From positions 74,846 through 108,794 of the forward strand of contig NW_008246118.1 of the NCBI RefSeq assembly GCF_000281045.1: DNA of 33,949 bases, in the 5' to 3' direction. The notes under the pieces were generated by a model. It had not been told where the DNA came from. It did no database searches and was given only the letters and a program-made list of their open reading frames with translations. Source of the DNA: Saprolegnia diclina VS20. Its lineage: Eukaryota. Within the stretch, counting starts at the first letter, position 1. Every line of letters starts with the position of its first letter. Shown one piece after another: positions 32,819 through 33,949 of the stretch. The position numbers and the translations under genes were made by a program.

Positions 32819-33731
32819 ATGGACGCCGTCGTCGACTTCCACACTCGTGGCGTCATCGACGCCCAGTCGACCGGCCGCCTCCATGTGACCATGACCTACG
32901 CGCAGAGCCTCGACGGCTCCATTGCTGCCATCCGCGGTAGGCTCTCTTCTAGTATGACGACGACGACATGTACTTGTGCAGGCCAGCCCACGCTGCTGAG
33001 CGGCCCCGAGTCCATGGCCATGACCCATCAGCTGCGCACGCTCCACGATGGCATTCTCGTGGGTGTGGGCACGATCCAAGCGGACAATCCGTCACTCACG
33101 GTGCGTCTCGTGCCACCACCGTTTGAGAATCCGCAGCCGATCATTGTGGATACGCGCCTCGAGCTCCCACTGGACTGCAAGCTCCTTACCTCGCCTCTTT
33201 GCAAGCGCCCGTGGGTTTTAACGACCGATGGTCATTGGGACCAAGGTACGGACGCATTTTGAAAGCATCGAGTCGGGAACGAACGACAGGTAAATTGGCT
33301 CGCAAATCGACGCTGGAAGCCCATGGCGCCAGGATCATCCCGTGCAAGTGTGCTGGCACCACGCACATTGACTGGTCAGACGCATTTGGTACAATCGGCT
33401 CGCCTAGTCTGTGTCCATGATTTCGTGGTAGACAAACTGCGGGCGCTCGGACTGCTAAGCGTCATGATTGAAGGTGGTGCTTCGATCCTTACGAGTGTTC
33501 TCCGTGATCACGCGCACACGCCAAGCGGGATCCTACACCACGCCATCATCACTGTCGCACCCACATTTGTACGTCAGACAAGACGCCATCGAGGTGGTTA
33601 CGATTGCTGTCTAGATTGGTGGCTTGCACGCACTCACTGAGCGACTCCCTGCGGATGCATACCCGACACTATCAAACACGCAGGCGATTCCACTTGGCAA
33701 AGACATCGTACTCGTTGGTAAATTTGCATAA
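32819..33731 (+). CDS. RIB7: RibD C-terminal reductase-only protein (RIB7-type pyrimidine reductase of riboflavin synthesis), 5 exons
   Basis: VTMTYAQSLDGSIA..LSGPESMAMTHQLRTLHDGILVGVGTIQADNPSLTVR..PQPIIVDTRL..SVMIEGGASIL..ITVAPTFIGG..LGKDIVLVG. No deaminase domain. Four GT-AG introns. Confidence 0.88.
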
Positions 33732-33949
33732 AGAAACCGCAATTCGTGAAATTTAAATTAGAGTGGCTAAAGGCAACATTTTTGCGGTCATGGCGCGTTC
33801 AATCTTTGCGCAATATGAGGGCGAGATTCGAGCACGAAATTTGATGGCATCTTGACGGAGTGTTGTGTAGTGGGGAGATGATAAAAGCGGTGCAGAAAGT
33901 GGCTTTGATGGCGTGTGAAGAATGGGTTTTAGCATACACGTTGAAAATA

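Noticed and set aside
1..33949. CRISPR arrays, rRNA, operons or prokaryotic defence systems
   Set aside because: None seen; the DNA is intron-containing eukaryotic sequence.

Overview
Eukaryotic, gene-dense, GC3-rich DNA with many very short (about 43-60 nt) GT-AG introns. It most resembles an oomycete of the Saprolegniales (Saprolegnia-like). That call is an inference from intron style, BBS4, a plant-type IPC synthase and a large duplicated membrane protein family. There is a 100-N scaffold gap at 484-583. I reconstructed 13 host genes by hand: ZupT-type ZIP transporter, a 1750-aa two-module membrane protein, IPC synthase, BMS1, a triple cNMP-binding + RGS protein, an MSP + ERF4/Golgin-A7 fusion, an F-box protein, BBS4, a coiled-coil protein, a tail-anchored ankyrin protein, a stand-alone fatty acyl-AMP ligase-ACP didomain, seipin and RIB7. 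The window also has a 1244-bp internally deleted PIF/Harbinger transposon (13-bp TIRs, GTA target duplication, remnants of both the transposase and Myb genes) and a 39-bp TIR-only relic. The best leads are the cNMP-RGS fusion, the FAAL-ACP protein next to seipin, the duplicated 6-TM channel-like protein and the MSP-ERF4 fusion. No database searches were run, so novelty is untested.
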